This document shows, piece by piece, positions 6,701 to 15,176 of a DNA stretch of 28,465 bases; position 1 is the first letter of the stretch, and every line of letters starts with the position of its first letter. Position numbers and translations under genes: made by a program. Source of the stretch: a virus. Taxonomy: Duplodnaviria > Caudoviricetes. Location of the stretch: positions 1-28,465 of IMG/VR virus record IMGVR_UViG_3300025438_000100. One strand, 5' to 3'. The notes beneath the pieces were generated by a model. The model searched no databases. It worked only from the letters and a program-made list of their open reading frames with translations, and was not told the origin of the DNA.

Positions 6701-8170
6701 GCTCTGTTTACTAAACTAGGTAACATAGAAACATCAGCTACTGCCGATCAAACAGCAGCTCAAATTAAAGCTGCTTATGAAGCAGAGTCTAATGCCTTTA
6801 CAGATGCTCAGTTTACTAAACTCGGTAATATTGAGAATAATGCAACTGCTGATCAATCAGCGTCTCAAATTAAGACTGCTTATGAGGGTAATTCAGATAC
6901 TAACGCCTTTACTGACGCTGATCACTCTAAGCTAAACGCTATAGAAGCTTCAGCTGACGTAACAGACGCTACTAATGTTAATGCTGCTGGTGCTGTTATG
7001 AACTCTGATTCATCGACATCAGGTATGAGTTTTGTGATTGATGAAGACAATATGTCTACAGATAGCCCAACAAAGGTTCCAACACAACAATCAGTTAAAG
7101 CTTATGTAGACGCGCTTGTTGCTTCTCAAGTAGTATATAAGGGCGGTTATAACGCATCAACTAATTCACCCGATCTGGACAGTAATCCTAGCTCTATTCT
7201 AACTGGTTGGATGTACACAGTTACTCATGCTGGTACCTTTTTCTCAACAGATGTTGAGGTTGGTGATGTACTTATTGCTGAGCAAAATGACCCTGATGAA
7301 GCAGCTAATTGGACTATTGTTAATAAAGACTTAAATGCTGGATCTATTAAAACATCCTACGAGAGTAATTCAGATACTAACGCCTTTACGGATGCTGACC
7401 AATCTAAGCTAAACGCTATAGAAGCTTCAGCTACAGCAGACCAAACAGCAGCCCAAATTAAAACCGCTTATGAAGGTAACTCAGATACTAACGCCTTTAC
7501 GGATGCTGACCATACAAAACTTAATAACATTGAGACAGCTGCTACAGCTGACCAATCAGCAGCACAAATTAAAGCTGCTTATGAGGGTGAAAGCAACGCC
7601 TTTACAGATGCTCTGTTTACTAAGCTTGGTAATATTGAAACCGCAGCTACTGCGGATCAAACCGCTGCGCAGATCAAAGCCGCTTATGAGGGCGAAAGCA
7701 ACGCCTTTACAGATGCTCAGTTTACTAAACTGGGAAACATCGAAACTAATGCTACTGCTGATCAATCAGCGTCTCAAATTAAGACCGCTTATGAAAGTAA
7801 TTCAGATACTAACGCCTTTACTGACGCTGATCACTCTAAGCTAAACGCTATAGAAGCTTCAGCTGATGTAACAGATGCTACTAATGTTAATGCTGCTGGT
7901 GCTGTTATGAACTCAGATAGCTCTACTTCAGCTATATCCTTTGTCATTGACGAGGATAATATGGCTTCTAATAGCGCTACTAAAGTTCCAACTCAACAAT
8001 CAGTTAAGGCTTATGTTGATGCAAACGGGGGCGGATCGAGTCAGTCAGATGCTGAAATTAAAACTGCTTACGAAAATAACTCAGATACTAATGCATTTAC
8101 GAATGCATATAAAGCAAAACTAGACAACTTAGAAGCAACGGTACTAGCCTTTGCAATTGCGTTAGGATAA
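3752..8170 (+). CDS. giant repetitive fibre-like structural protein, 1472 aa
   Basis: 27 units of 35/37 aa; four VIDEDNM..KVPTQQSVKAYV modules; three YKGGYNA..GWMYTV..VGDVLIA modules; ends AFAIALG. Confidence 0.8.
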   Translation: MATIRILELDELNAAAITDNLVVVDASANTTMRISMANVFASPTTIGSVTPGDATFDEVVINDSLDISGVTVTGYTGSEIKTAYEGEASAFTDAQFTKLGNIETAATADQTAAQIKAAYEGEASAFTDAQFTKLGNIETAADVTDATNVNAAGAVMNSDTSTAPMSFVIDEDNMASDSATKVPTQQSVKAYVSSSIASQVVYKGGYNAATNSPDLDTNPSTILTGWMYTVTHAGNFFSAAVEVGDVLIAEQNDPDEAANWTIVNKDLDAASIKVSYEGNSDTNAFTDAFETKLTNIETAATADQTAGEIKAAYEGESNAFTDALFTKLGNIETAATADQTAGQIKTAYEGNSDTNAFTDAFETKLTNIETSATADQSAAEIKAAYEGESSAFTDALFTKLGNIETAATADQTAGQIKTAYESNSDTNAFTDADHTKLDNIEASATADQSAAQIKAAYEGESNAFTDALFTKLGNIETAATADQSAAQIKAAYEGESNAFTDALFTKLGNIETAATADQTAGQIKTAYEGNSDTNAFTDAFETKLTNIETAATADQSAAQIKAAYEGESNAFTDALFTKLGNIETAATADQTAGQIKTAYEGNSDTNAFTDAFETKLTNIETAATADQTAGQIKTAYEGNSDTNAFTDADHSKLDNIEASADVTDATNVDAAGAVMNSDSSTAAMSFVIDEDNMSSNSATKVPTQQSVKAYVASSIASQVVYKGGYNAATNSPDLDTNPSSVLLGWMYTVTHAGTFFSTAVEVGDVLIAEQNDPDEAANWTIVNRDLDAASIKATYESNSDTNAFTDADHSKLNAIEASATADQSASQIKAAYEGEANAFTDALFTKLGTIETSATADQSAAQIKAAYEGESNAFTDTQFTKLSNIEANATADQSAAQIKAAYEGESNAFTDALFTKLGTIETSATADQSATQIKSAYEGNSNTNAFTDADHTKLNNIETAATADQSAAEIKAAYEGESNAFTDALFTKLGNIETSATADQTAAQIKAAYEAESNAFTDAQFTKLGNIENNATADQSASQIKTAYEGNSDTNAFTDADHSKLNAIEASADVTDATNVNAAGAVMNSDSSTSGMSFVIDEDNMSTDSPTKVPTQQSVKAYVDALVASQVVYKGGYNASTNSPDLDSNPSSILTGWMYTVTHAGTFFSTDVEVGDVLIAEQNDPDEAANWTIVNKDLNAGSIKTSYESNSDTNAFTDADQSKLNAIEASATADQTAAQIKTAYEGNSDTNAFTDADHTKLNNIETAATADQSAAQIKAAYEGESNAFTDALFTKLGNIETAATADQTAAQIKAAYEGESNAFTDAQFTKLGNIETNATADQSASQIKTAYESNSDTNAFTDADHSKLNAIEASADVTDATNVNAAGAVMNSDSSTSAISFVIDEDNMASNSATKVPTQQSVKAYVDANGGGSSQSDAEIKTAYENNSDTNAFTNAYKAKLDNLEATVLAFAIALG

Positions 8171-8174
8171 AAAT

Positions 8175-8486
8175 ATGGCAATCACCTTTACTACATATAC
8201 AAGCTCAGAGGTAGGAACTTCTCCTGCCACTGTAGCAACAATTGCTTCTGGTAAAGTAGCAACAATAATCGGTATGCAACTTGCAAACGTAACTGACTCG
8301 CAAATTAGTGTTACAGTTACTATTGCTGGTGACATAACCATTAAAGGTGTTCCTATACCAGCTAATTCAGCCTTTAGCCCTATATCAGGGAAGATGAATG
8401 TACAAACTGGGGACACTATAGTAGTAGTTTCTGATACGGCAGACTCTGTTAATGTAACCGTTAGCGCAATGGAACAGGATATATAA
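8175..8486 (+). CDS. small beta-rich virion protein (possible fibre adaptor)
   Basis: Thr/Val/Ile-rich with ..GVPIPA..GKMNVQTGDTIVV..; this type follows AIALG-ending fibres in aquatic phages (recalled pattern). Confidence 0.6.
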   Translation: MAITFTTYTSSEVGTSPATVATIASGKVATIIGMQLANVTDSQISVTVTIAGDITIKGVPIPANSAFSPISGKMNVQTGDTIVVVSDTADSVNVTVSAMEQDI

Positions 8487-9283
8487 TGCCTGGATATTTA
8501 GGATCAAGTATTGCAACTACCTTTCTCCCTGCTGGTTCTGCTTTAGCTATTCTTGAATCAGGAGCTAGTGAGGCTGTATTATCAAAGTCTGCAGACTATA
8601 CCTTAGTCTTGACAGACAGAACTGCTGTTATAAGAGCAACAGATGATATGATTCTTACCCTTCCTGATGCCACAGCAGCAGGAAACGGTTTTTTTATTAA
8701 CTTCGAAGCAGCAGGTGGTGCTTTGACTTTGAGGTCTGCTGGATCAGACACTATAAACGGGGTGACTGCAGATGTGATTGTTCCGGATGGTGGGTGGGGC
8801 TCTATAGTTTCTAACGGCGCAGACTATCTTGCCAAGATACACCAACCTACAATTTCAACTAACGTAACAGCTTACACTTTGTATGGTTCTTCTGAGGATC
8901 GAGCTATTCTAGCTCTTGATACAGCTTTCACCACAACTAAACCAAACCAACAAGTGAATTTTTCTGGAAACCTTAATATAGAGGCTTCTCACAACTCCAT
9001 GCTATACATCAAGATTGATGGGACAGAAGTTGGTAGCGGTGATACAGCAGGAATCAGATTCCATGGTATAGCACCATTTAATTATGACCGAGATAACGCA
9101 AACACTATGTTTATTGTAAGCTTCCAATATACTGGTATAGTTGCCAGTGTTGGAGCCCACACTCTCACCATACATGCACGAGGTGACCCCGCCACTCTCG
9201 GCCTGAATGGCGTGGTTTCAGACAGTAACATTGACTACAATGAACGTGGTAGTTCTAATATCAGAATTGAGGTGAAGGCATGA
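8486..9283 (+). CDS. fibre/tip protein
   Basis: SKSADYTL..DR..VIRAT....TLP module shared with the 10218 ORF; beta-rich C-terminus; TAATG coupling. Confidence 0.6.
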   Translation: MPGYLGSSIATTFLPAGSALAILESGASEAVLSKSADYTLVLTDRTAVIRATDDMILTLPDATAAGNGFFINFEAAGGALTLRSAGSDTINGVTADVIVPDGGWGSIVSNGADYLAKIHQPTISTNVTAYTLYGSSEDRAILALDTAFTTTKPNQQVNFSGNLNIEASHNSMLYIKIDGTEVGSGDTAGIRFHGIAPFNYDRDNANTMFIVSFQYTGIVASVGAHTLTIHARGDPATLGLNGVVSDSNIDYNERGSSNIRIEVKA

Positions 9284-9714
9284 ACTATGGACTAATTATA
9301 AACGGAATCATTGACACAGTATCAGATAAAGACTTTCCAGGAGCTGTGAAAATTCCTGATAGTGTATCAATTGACTGGACGTATAATGGCACTACATTTA
9401 CTGGCCCGACACCAACCTTAAAAGAAGTTAATAACCACGCACAGTATTTGATCATGGCAGCAACAAATTCCAAGGATCGTGGTCAGTCAGATGAGCGTAT
9501 ATCTGCTGGTGCCAGAGAAGCAACTGCATTACTACAATTAAGAGTTCTCAATGGCAGCTGGACAACAGAACAAGAAACACGTGCAGCTGAGTTAACTGCT
9601 ATTAGTAGCTATATAGCAGCTGTAATTGCAGCATCAAATGTACTTAATGTAATGGAGCCTATTCCTAACGATTATAAAAATAAAACTAAATGGCCTGATG
9701 CGGGAGATACATAA
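9280..9714 (+). CDS. putative fibre assembly chaperone
   Basis: DWTYNGTTFTGP, helical C-terminal half, IPNDY....WP end; follows a fibre gene. Confidence 0.5.
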   Translation: MNYGLIINGIIDTVSDKDFPGAVKIPDSVSIDWTYNGTTFTGPTPTLKEVNNHAQYLIMAATNSKDRGQSDERISAGAREATALLQLRVLNGSWTTEQETRAAELTAISSYIAAVIAASNVLNVMEPIPNDYKNKTKWPDAGDT

Positions 9715-10196
9715 TGTCAAAAAATAGAATTTTAGCTGACCAAGCAGGAAGTATCGTACAGATTAAACGTGCAGAAACTAATGCTATGTCTACTGTTACA
9801 ACCGTGATGCCTGACGATGACACTATACCTCAGAATGATGAAGGCTCGGAAATTCTCACGGTAGCCATTACGCCCAAAAGCGCTACAAATAAGTTACATA
9901 TTGTCGGGACTATTTATGCGGGTAGATCTACTGGCCGCGATATAGTTACAGCACTCTTCCGAGACACTACTTCTAACGCTTTTGCCGCCATACACACCGA
10001 GGCTCAAACGTCAACCGGAGGTACTCTATTACATATAGACTCGTATGTTGATGCCGATACTACATCAGAGATAGTATTCAAAATACGTACAGGCCCTGAC
10101 GGCAGCGCAACTTTAACAATAAATGGTGTTGGGGGCAGCCGACAGCTTGGTGGCACTATGGTCTCTTCATTAACAGTCACCGAAATAGCAACTTAA
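9714..10196 (+). CDS. putative fibre tip beta-sandwich protein
   Basis: SIVQ...ITPKSATNKL...ALFRD...SSLTVTEIA pattern common in aquatic phage fibre clusters. Confidence 0.55.
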   Translation: MSKNRILADQAGSIVQIKRAETNAMSTVTTVMPDDDTIPQNDEGSEILTVAITPKSATNKLHIVGTIYAGRSTGRDIVTALFRDTTSNAFAAIHTEAQTSTGGTLLHIDSYVDADTTSEIVFKIRTGPDGSATLTINGVGGSRQLGGTMVSSLTVTEIAT

Positions 10197-10217
10197 TAAA
10201 AATAGAAGGAATATTAA

Positions 10218-11099
10218 ATGTCATACATAGGGACAACACCAGTACCACAATCAATTAAATTTGATCAGATTTTTACAGCTGTAGCAGGCCAAACAACTTT
10301 TGGGACGTTAGGGTATCAACCTACGTTTATTGATGTGTACTTGAATGGGGTTTTATTAGTCCCAGTTACTGACTACACAGCTACCAACGGCTCTGAAATT
10401 GTACTTACTGTAGCTGCTGCTGCTGCTGATATACTACAAACTATAAGATTCGCACCCTTTAACGTAACCAACGCAACTCAACTAAGAACAGATATGGGTA
10501 TCAACAAGGTTGTATTATCAAAGTCAGGTGACTATACTTTGTTAGCTACAGACCGTGGTAAAGTTATAAGGGCAACTGCTGATATAACTTTAACAATTCC
10601 AGCCGCTGCTACTTCTGGAGACGGTTTCTTCTTTACTATTATTGGGGATGGCGGATCGGTCACATTAGCGGGAGGCAATACAGCAATTGTTGTAGCTGAT
10701 GGTAGTAGTAACGACGTTGCTTGTAATGGTTCAGCTTATTTTGCTATTGGCGGCGGAGGCGGCACATCCTTTAACACAAAAGGTATTGCAAAGGTTGTTG
10801 TATCAGTTAACCAACAATCTACACAGAACCTTAGGTATAGCCAAAACGTAGCGTCAATAACAGATCAAGGCACTGGCCGAACTCTTATTACTTATACCAA
10901 CGATTTTTCAAGTGTTAACTATCTTTGGATGAAAGACTACGCTGGCAAGGTAGCACCTTCCTTTATAGGTGTTACTGTAGAGTATCAGGTTGATAGAACA
11001 GCATCAGCGGCATCACTGGAGATTAGCAGCGTCGATTCCTATGGAACACGGACAGATGGCACAAAAGTTGAAGCAACTGGATTTGGAGATTTAGCATAA
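10218..11099 (+). CDS. fibre/tip protein
   Basis: MSYIG start, AGQTTF..IDVYLNGVLL..DYTATNG module, SKSGDYTL module, C-terminal NVASITD.G.G...GFGDLA domain. Confidence 0.65.
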   Translation: MSYIGTTPVPQSIKFDQIFTAVAGQTTFGTLGYQPTFIDVYLNGVLLVPVTDYTATNGSEIVLTVAAAAADILQTIRFAPFNVTNATQLRTDMGINKVVLSKSGDYTLLATDRGKVIRATADITLTIPAAATSGDGFFFTIIGDGGSVTLAGGNTAIVVADGSSNDVACNGSAYFAIGGGGGTSFNTKGIAKVVVSVNQQSTQNLRYSQNVASITDQGTGRTLITYTNDFSSVNYLWMKDYAGKVAPSFIGVTVEYQVDRTASAASLEISSVDSYGTRTDGTKVEATGFGDLA

Positions 11100-11497
11100 T
11101 GGGTAGCATAATCACACCAAATTTTGGTGATGGCACTGATACAATTCCATCAATTTATCTCACTGGGGGATCTGCGAAATACAGGGCTAACTATGATCTT
11201 TCGGGAACCGCCGCTGTTGTTGACAGCATGAATGTCGCGTCGATAACTGACGTGGGTTCTGGAAGCACGGCGCTGGGGTTTACCGCCAATTTTGGGAACG
11301 CTCTTTATCAAACTGCAAGTAGTCGTCGCGGAGACAACACAGCGAATGGAGACTACAACGAAAGTTTGCAGCAGAAGACTGCCTTAGCCTATACAACCAG
11401 TTCCGTCGGTCTTTTGTCTGGGACACTAACAGCGTCAAGCGGTGCAGTAATCAACATAGCAACAAACCATTCCGTTGGTTTTGGAGATCTCGCATGA
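11099..11497 (+). CDS. stand-alone tip domain paralogous to the C-terminus of the 10218 ORF
   Basis: GSAK...NVASITDVGSG...F.N..Y...GFGDLA. Confidence 0.6.
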   Translation: MGSIITPNFGDGTDTIPSIYLTGGSAKYRANYDLSGTAAVVDSMNVASITDVGSGSTALGFTANFGNALYQTASSRRGDNTANGDYNESLQQKTALAYTTSSVGLLSGTLTASSGAVINIATNHSVGFGDLA

Positions 11498-11952
11498 TTA
11501 ATTACTCAGACTATAAACTTTGGGAACGTGAATTACTTTTCTTTGATCAAGATGCTAATAAACACCCACCGCAAGGAAAATACTCTATAGTATGGGAGGA
11601 TCCTGAAGACGTTGATGCGCCTGCTAAAATAACCACACCATCGCCTCAATGGCTAGCAATGGCATTATACGGAGGTATACTACCTCCTGTAGAAGTGTAC
11701 TGGGCATTAAAAAAAGATGAAGCTAAACCTACGTTTACACACCATACACGAGGGTTCCTACTACACGATACCCCTCCTGTAAAAGCTATGACAGAAGAAG
11801 AAGCAATGGAATATTTAGTACAAAAAGAGCTTCCTACCTCTGTATGGTTAAGACCTAAAGGTAATCGTAGTTACCTAAAAATTGTACTAAGTAAATCTAT
11901 ACCAACAGACCGCACATTTCGTAATGGCTGGTCAATTAAACAGGAGAAATAA
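11494..11952 (+). CDS. conserved phage protein (possible fibre chaperone)
   Basis: GGILPPVEVYW, MTEEEAMEYLVQK, DRTFRNGW; ATGA coupling. Confidence 0.55.
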   Translation: MINYSDYKLWERELLFFDQDANKHPPQGKYSIVWEDPEDVDAPAKITTPSPQWLAMALYGGILPPVEVYWALKKDEAKPTFTHHTRGFLLHDTPPVKAMTEEEAMEYLVQKELPTSVWLRPKGNRSYLKIVLSKSIPTDRTFRNGWSIKQEK

Positions 11953-11953
11953 T

Positions 11954-12385
11954 ATGGATAATAATGTAATAGATAGTCGCGGCCAAAGCCGTTTAGCAAG
12001 TTCTATGACACTTCCTACTAGTGGTCGCAAATTTAGAGACGCATGGGTATTCGGTGAGACAACGGTTATAGAGGTTGATTGGGATAAAGCTCGATCATCT
12101 TTTCGTAGTACTGCAACATTAGATCGCATTACTTTCGTAGTTCGTGCTATAGCTGCGGGTTTTCTAGCTGAGTCAGACGCTGAAGATGCTGCTCGCGGCA
12201 TTTGGCCTAGCTCTTTTTCAGATGTTCTTGCAGCAATACCGGAGTCTCAAAGACTTAATGCTCGTATTACCTGGGCAGGCTTAAATATTATTAACCGTAA
12301 TGCTGCTGTTCTAACAGTTATTGCTGCTGTTAAAGAGATAGATCCTAAAGATCTTGATATTATGTTTGGTTACGAGGGCGAATAA
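11954..12385 (+). CDS. conserved phage protein (possible fibre chaperone)
   Basis: Start moved to ATG 11954 behind AGGAG (11942-11946); RKFRDAW echoes RTFRNGW of the previous ORF. Confidence 0.55.
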   Translation: MDNNVIDSRGQSRLASSMTLPTSGRKFRDAWVFGETTVIEVDWDKARSSFRSTATLDRITFVVRAIAAGFLAESDAEDAARGIWPSSFSDVLAAIPESQRLNARITWAGLNIINRNAAVLTVIAAVKEIDPKDLDIMFGYEGE

Positions 12386-12390
12386 GTACT

Positions 12391-12675
12391 ATGCCTAACG
12401 GTCTTGGTCCTAAGTGGTTTCCAGTAAAAATCAGAGAAAAGCTAACTTCTATACTTAGCTTTTTCTTTGATGAAGCTTCTTGGGATAAGCACGATGAGGG
12501 TTACGAGCGCGGATACCCTGCACGCTGGCTTTGTGACTTACGATTCTTACAAGCAATGCTAAGGGATGCTACTATATCTACATCTACTTTAGGTACTTTT
12601 TTACGAATACTTATCTCTATTTTACTATGGTTTTTAGTGCGTATAGGTGGTTGGTATAGCTATACTAAAAAATAA
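12391..12675 (+). CDS. phospholipase A2-like / DUF1353-like small protein
   Basis: NGLGP...HDEGY...CDLRFLQAM...VRIGG pattern. Confidence 0.5.
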   Translation: MPNGLGPKWFPVKIREKLTSILSFFFDEASWDKHDEGYERGYPARWLCDLRFLQAMLRDATISTSTLGTFLRILISILLWFLVRIGGWYSYTKK

Positions 12676-12704
12676 TTGGACTAGCGACCTCCATATGTTA
12701 TAAT
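12676..12704 (+). promoter_or_regulatory. putative late promoter
   Basis: TTGGACT-16 nt-TATAAT upstream of AAGGAG and ATG 12742. Confidence 0.65.
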
Positions 12705-12741
12705 CATTATGTAAAATAAAAAATAATTAAGGAGTGCAAGC

Positions 12742-13014
12742 ATGTCTGAAGATACTGTTTTAACTTACAAGCTTAAAGCACTTGATGATAAAATAAAGCC
12801 GCTAGAAGAGAGAATAGGACTTTTAGAGTCTAGAACCTCTAAGCTAGAAATACAAGATGCTAGGCACACAACTAATCATACAGGCACCGAAAGACGTATC
12901 AGCGCTAATGAGAGTACTTTTCAGTGGTTAAGTCGTTTAATACTAGGTACTATTATTATCGCAATTGTTAGTTTTATACTATCAGGCGGTATATCAGGGA
13001 TAGGAATATTATGA
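12742..13014 (+). CDS. XhlA-like holin candidate
   Basis: N-terminal coiled coil, then QWLSRLILGTIIIAIVSFIL transmembrane segment. Confidence 0.6.
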   Translation: MSEDTVLTYKLKALDDKIKPLEERIGLLESRTSKLEIQDARHTTNHTGTERRISANESTFQWLSRLILGTIIIAIVSFILSGGISGIGIL

Positions 13015-13478
13015 TGTTAACAAGGATTGACTATAGCTTATGGGCGATAATCGTAGGATTAGTGGTAGGTATTACTATATCTAGTGGGTACAGCTGGTAC
13101 TCTTCTATTACTCCTTATATTTTTCATGTAGATAACGAACAAACAGGTTTTAGTCTAGATAGAACTACCTACAATGTAGTAGGTGATATAGAAAAAATTG
13201 CGTGTAGCAGACTACCTCTTCCAGAGGGTTTTAGAGTTACAGTAGACGTTCCTGGAGAAGGCTCGGCAGATACTACGTGGTCCACAAAAGATGTTAGTGA
13301 TAATAGAGATCCAGGAACAGATCCTATATTTATTACTGTAGATCTACCTCCTATATTCACACAGGCACGAATTACAACTTTACACGCATGTCCAGATCTA
13401 GAAACTGTGACTGAGGACATATTATATATACCTAAGATATTCTACGTAATAGACGGTAACGCCACTTTAAAGGAATAA
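13011..13478 (+). CDS. membrane-anchored protein, possibly lysis accessory
   Basis: One N-terminal TM, soluble domain with two Cys, ATGA-coupled to the holin candidate. Confidence 0.45.
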   Translation: MMLTRIDYSLWAIIVGLVVGITISSGYSWYSSITPYIFHVDNEQTGFSLDRTTYNVVGDIEKIACSRLPLPEGFRVTVDVPGEGSADTTWSTKDVSDNRDPGTDPIFITVDLPPIFTQARITTLHACPDLETVTEDILYIPKIFYVIDGNATLKE

Positions 13479-13481
13479 AAC

Positions 13482-14750
13482 TTGACTGAATATAATCTAA
13501 TAAAGCCTAAAAGCTTTTTTAAACTACCTGTAGATAAACTACTAAGTAAGATGCCTACCCCTATAGTATTTAATGAGAGTCAACAAGCTATGCTTGATGG
13601 TTTAAATGATAAAAGATTCTGGGTACATATATCAGCAAGAAGAACAGGTAAGTCTTATGCAGCAGCTTTATTAGCTTTTGCTAAACTACTAGAACCTGGA
13701 CAACAAGTAATGGTTGTTGCACCAAACTTTACGTTATCTTCCATTATCTGGGATTATGTTACTGATATTATCAGTAAGACTGGCGTTGAGATTGTAACTA
13801 AGAACCAAAAAGATAAAGTAGTTAAACTAGAGAATGGTTCAATTTTTAGACTTCTCTCGGCTAACAATAGAGACTCTCTAGTTGGTCGTGCTGCTAATTT
13901 ACTAATTATTGACGAAGCAGCAATTATACCTGACGATGAGTATTTTACTCGTGATTTACGTCCTGCCCTATCTACTTTTAACGATTCAAGGTGTTTATGG
14001 ATTTCAACTCCTAGAGGTAAAGGTAACTATTTATACGACTATTTTCAGCGTGGTGATAACGACGATTATGACGAATGGGGTTCTGATCTATTTACTTGGA
14101 GAGCAAACCCACTTCTCGGAGAGAAGGATGTTGCTGAAGCTGAAAAAACAATGACACGTGCTCTATTTGCACAGGAATATATGTGTGCTTGGACTACTAC
14201 AGAAGATCAAATTTATGAGTACCTCGATGATGAGAAACACGTAGGAGAGTACCAAGAAAAACAATTTGTTGAAGTGATTGCTGGACTAGACGTTGGTTAT
14301 AGGGATGAAAACGTTTTTGTAGTTATTGGTTATGATGGTGATTCATACTTTGTTCTTGATGAGTATATATCTAAAGAGTCTACAACATCTGAGTTAGCTG
14401 AAGCTATTACAGAGTTACAAGATAGGTGGAAAATTGATTCTATATATATTGACTCTAGTGCTGCGCAGGTAAAAGCTGACTTTGCTTATGATTATGATAT
14501 TTTTTGTGATAATGCAGTTAAGTCTGTAAATGATGGTATAAACTTTATACAAGCACTAATTGAGCACGGTAACTTATGTTTTGATGAAGAGGGTGCAAAA
14601 CACACCTATCATGCTATGACTGCTTATAAATGGAATACTAAAACTGATAATCCTAAACCTCACCATGATTGGTCTTCTCACCCTTCTGATGCAGTTCGTT
14701 ACGCACTATACACTCATCATAAGATGAATGCTATATCAATCTATTCATAA
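13482..14750 (+). CDS. terL: terminase large subunit
   Basis: Walker A ARRTGKS, Walker B LLIIDEAA, ISTPRG, nuclease GLDVG and HPSDAVRY; TTG start after AAGGA. Confidence 0.97.
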   Translation: MTEYNLIKPKSFFKLPVDKLLSKMPTPIVFNESQQAMLDGLNDKRFWVHISARRTGKSYAAALLAFAKLLEPGQQVMVVAPNFTLSSIIWDYVTDIISKTGVEIVTKNQKDKVVKLENGSIFRLLSANNRDSLVGRAANLLIIDEAAIIPDDEYFTRDLRPALSTFNDSRCLWISTPRGKGNYLYDYFQRGDNDDYDEWGSDLFTWRANPLLGEKDVAEAEKTMTRALFAQEYMCAWTTTEDQIYEYLDDEKHVGEYQEKQFVEVIAGLDVGYRDENVFVVIGYDGDSYFVLDEYISKESTTSELAEAITELQDRWKIDSIYIDSSAAQVKADFAYDYDIFCDNAVKSVNDGINFIQALIEHGNLCFDEEGAKHTYHAMTAYKWNTKTDNPKPHHDWSSHPSDAVRYALYTHHKMNAISIYS

Positions 14751-14767
14751 CCTGTCAAAATTATATA

Positions 14768-14796
14768 TTGGACAGAACAAAATTTTAGTGTAGAAT
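14768..14796 (+). promoter_or_regulatory. putative late promoter (possibly leaderless transcript)
   Basis: TTGGACA-16 nt-TAGAAT, ATG 5 nt after the -10. Confidence 0.6.
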
Positions 14797-14801
14797 TAAC
14801 T

Positions 14802-15176
14802 ATGACAAATTTAAACAGATTACCTATTAAATGGGTTAGAGACTATATCAAAAAAGACTATAAAGCTAAAGACGCTTGTTATATTTGTGGAGATACTAGT
14901 AACTTAGACCTTCATCACATATATAGTTTAAGTGAGCTGTTCCACAACTGGTGCGAAGAAAAAAAGATTCAGGAGATAACTTCTAATGAAGAGATCCTAC
15001 ATCTTAGAACTATTTTCGCAGTTGATTGTGCAGAAAAGCTATCTAATGATAATCTATATACGTTATGTGGTACTCATCATAAGCGTTTACATAGTATATA
15101 TGGTCAACGATACGCCAACACTTTAGCACCAAAAATTATAAAATGGTTAAATATCCAGAAGGACAAACATGGCTAG
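14802..15176 (+). CDS. HNH nicking endonuclease (T5-like)
   Basis: CYICG..LDLHH...TLCGTHHKRLH; lies between terL and portal as in T5. Confidence 0.85.
   Translation: MTNLNRLPIKWVRDYIKKDYKAKDACYICGDTSNLDLHHIYSLSELFHNWCEEKKIQEITSNEEILHLRTIFAVDCAEKLSNDNLYTLCGTHHKRLHSIYGQRYANTLAPKIIKWLNIQKDKHG

Noticed and set aside
3957-8123. Many Leu/Lys-rich alternate-frame and antisense ORFs inside the 1472-aa gene
   Set aside because: They recur with the repeat and follow from its codon bias; no start signals
8486-11497. Diversity-generating retroelement or invertible shufflon acting on tip genes
   Set aside because: No reverse transcriptase or invertase in the window; paralog differences are not adenine-specific; all genes on one strand and no flanking inverted sites noticed
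11924-11953. ORF-track start at 11924
   Set aside because: SD AGGAG supports ATG 11954, just after the upstream stop
14802-15176. HNH as intron-encoded or mobile homing endonuclease
   Set aside because: terL and portal are intact, and the position matches the T5 nicking endonuclease
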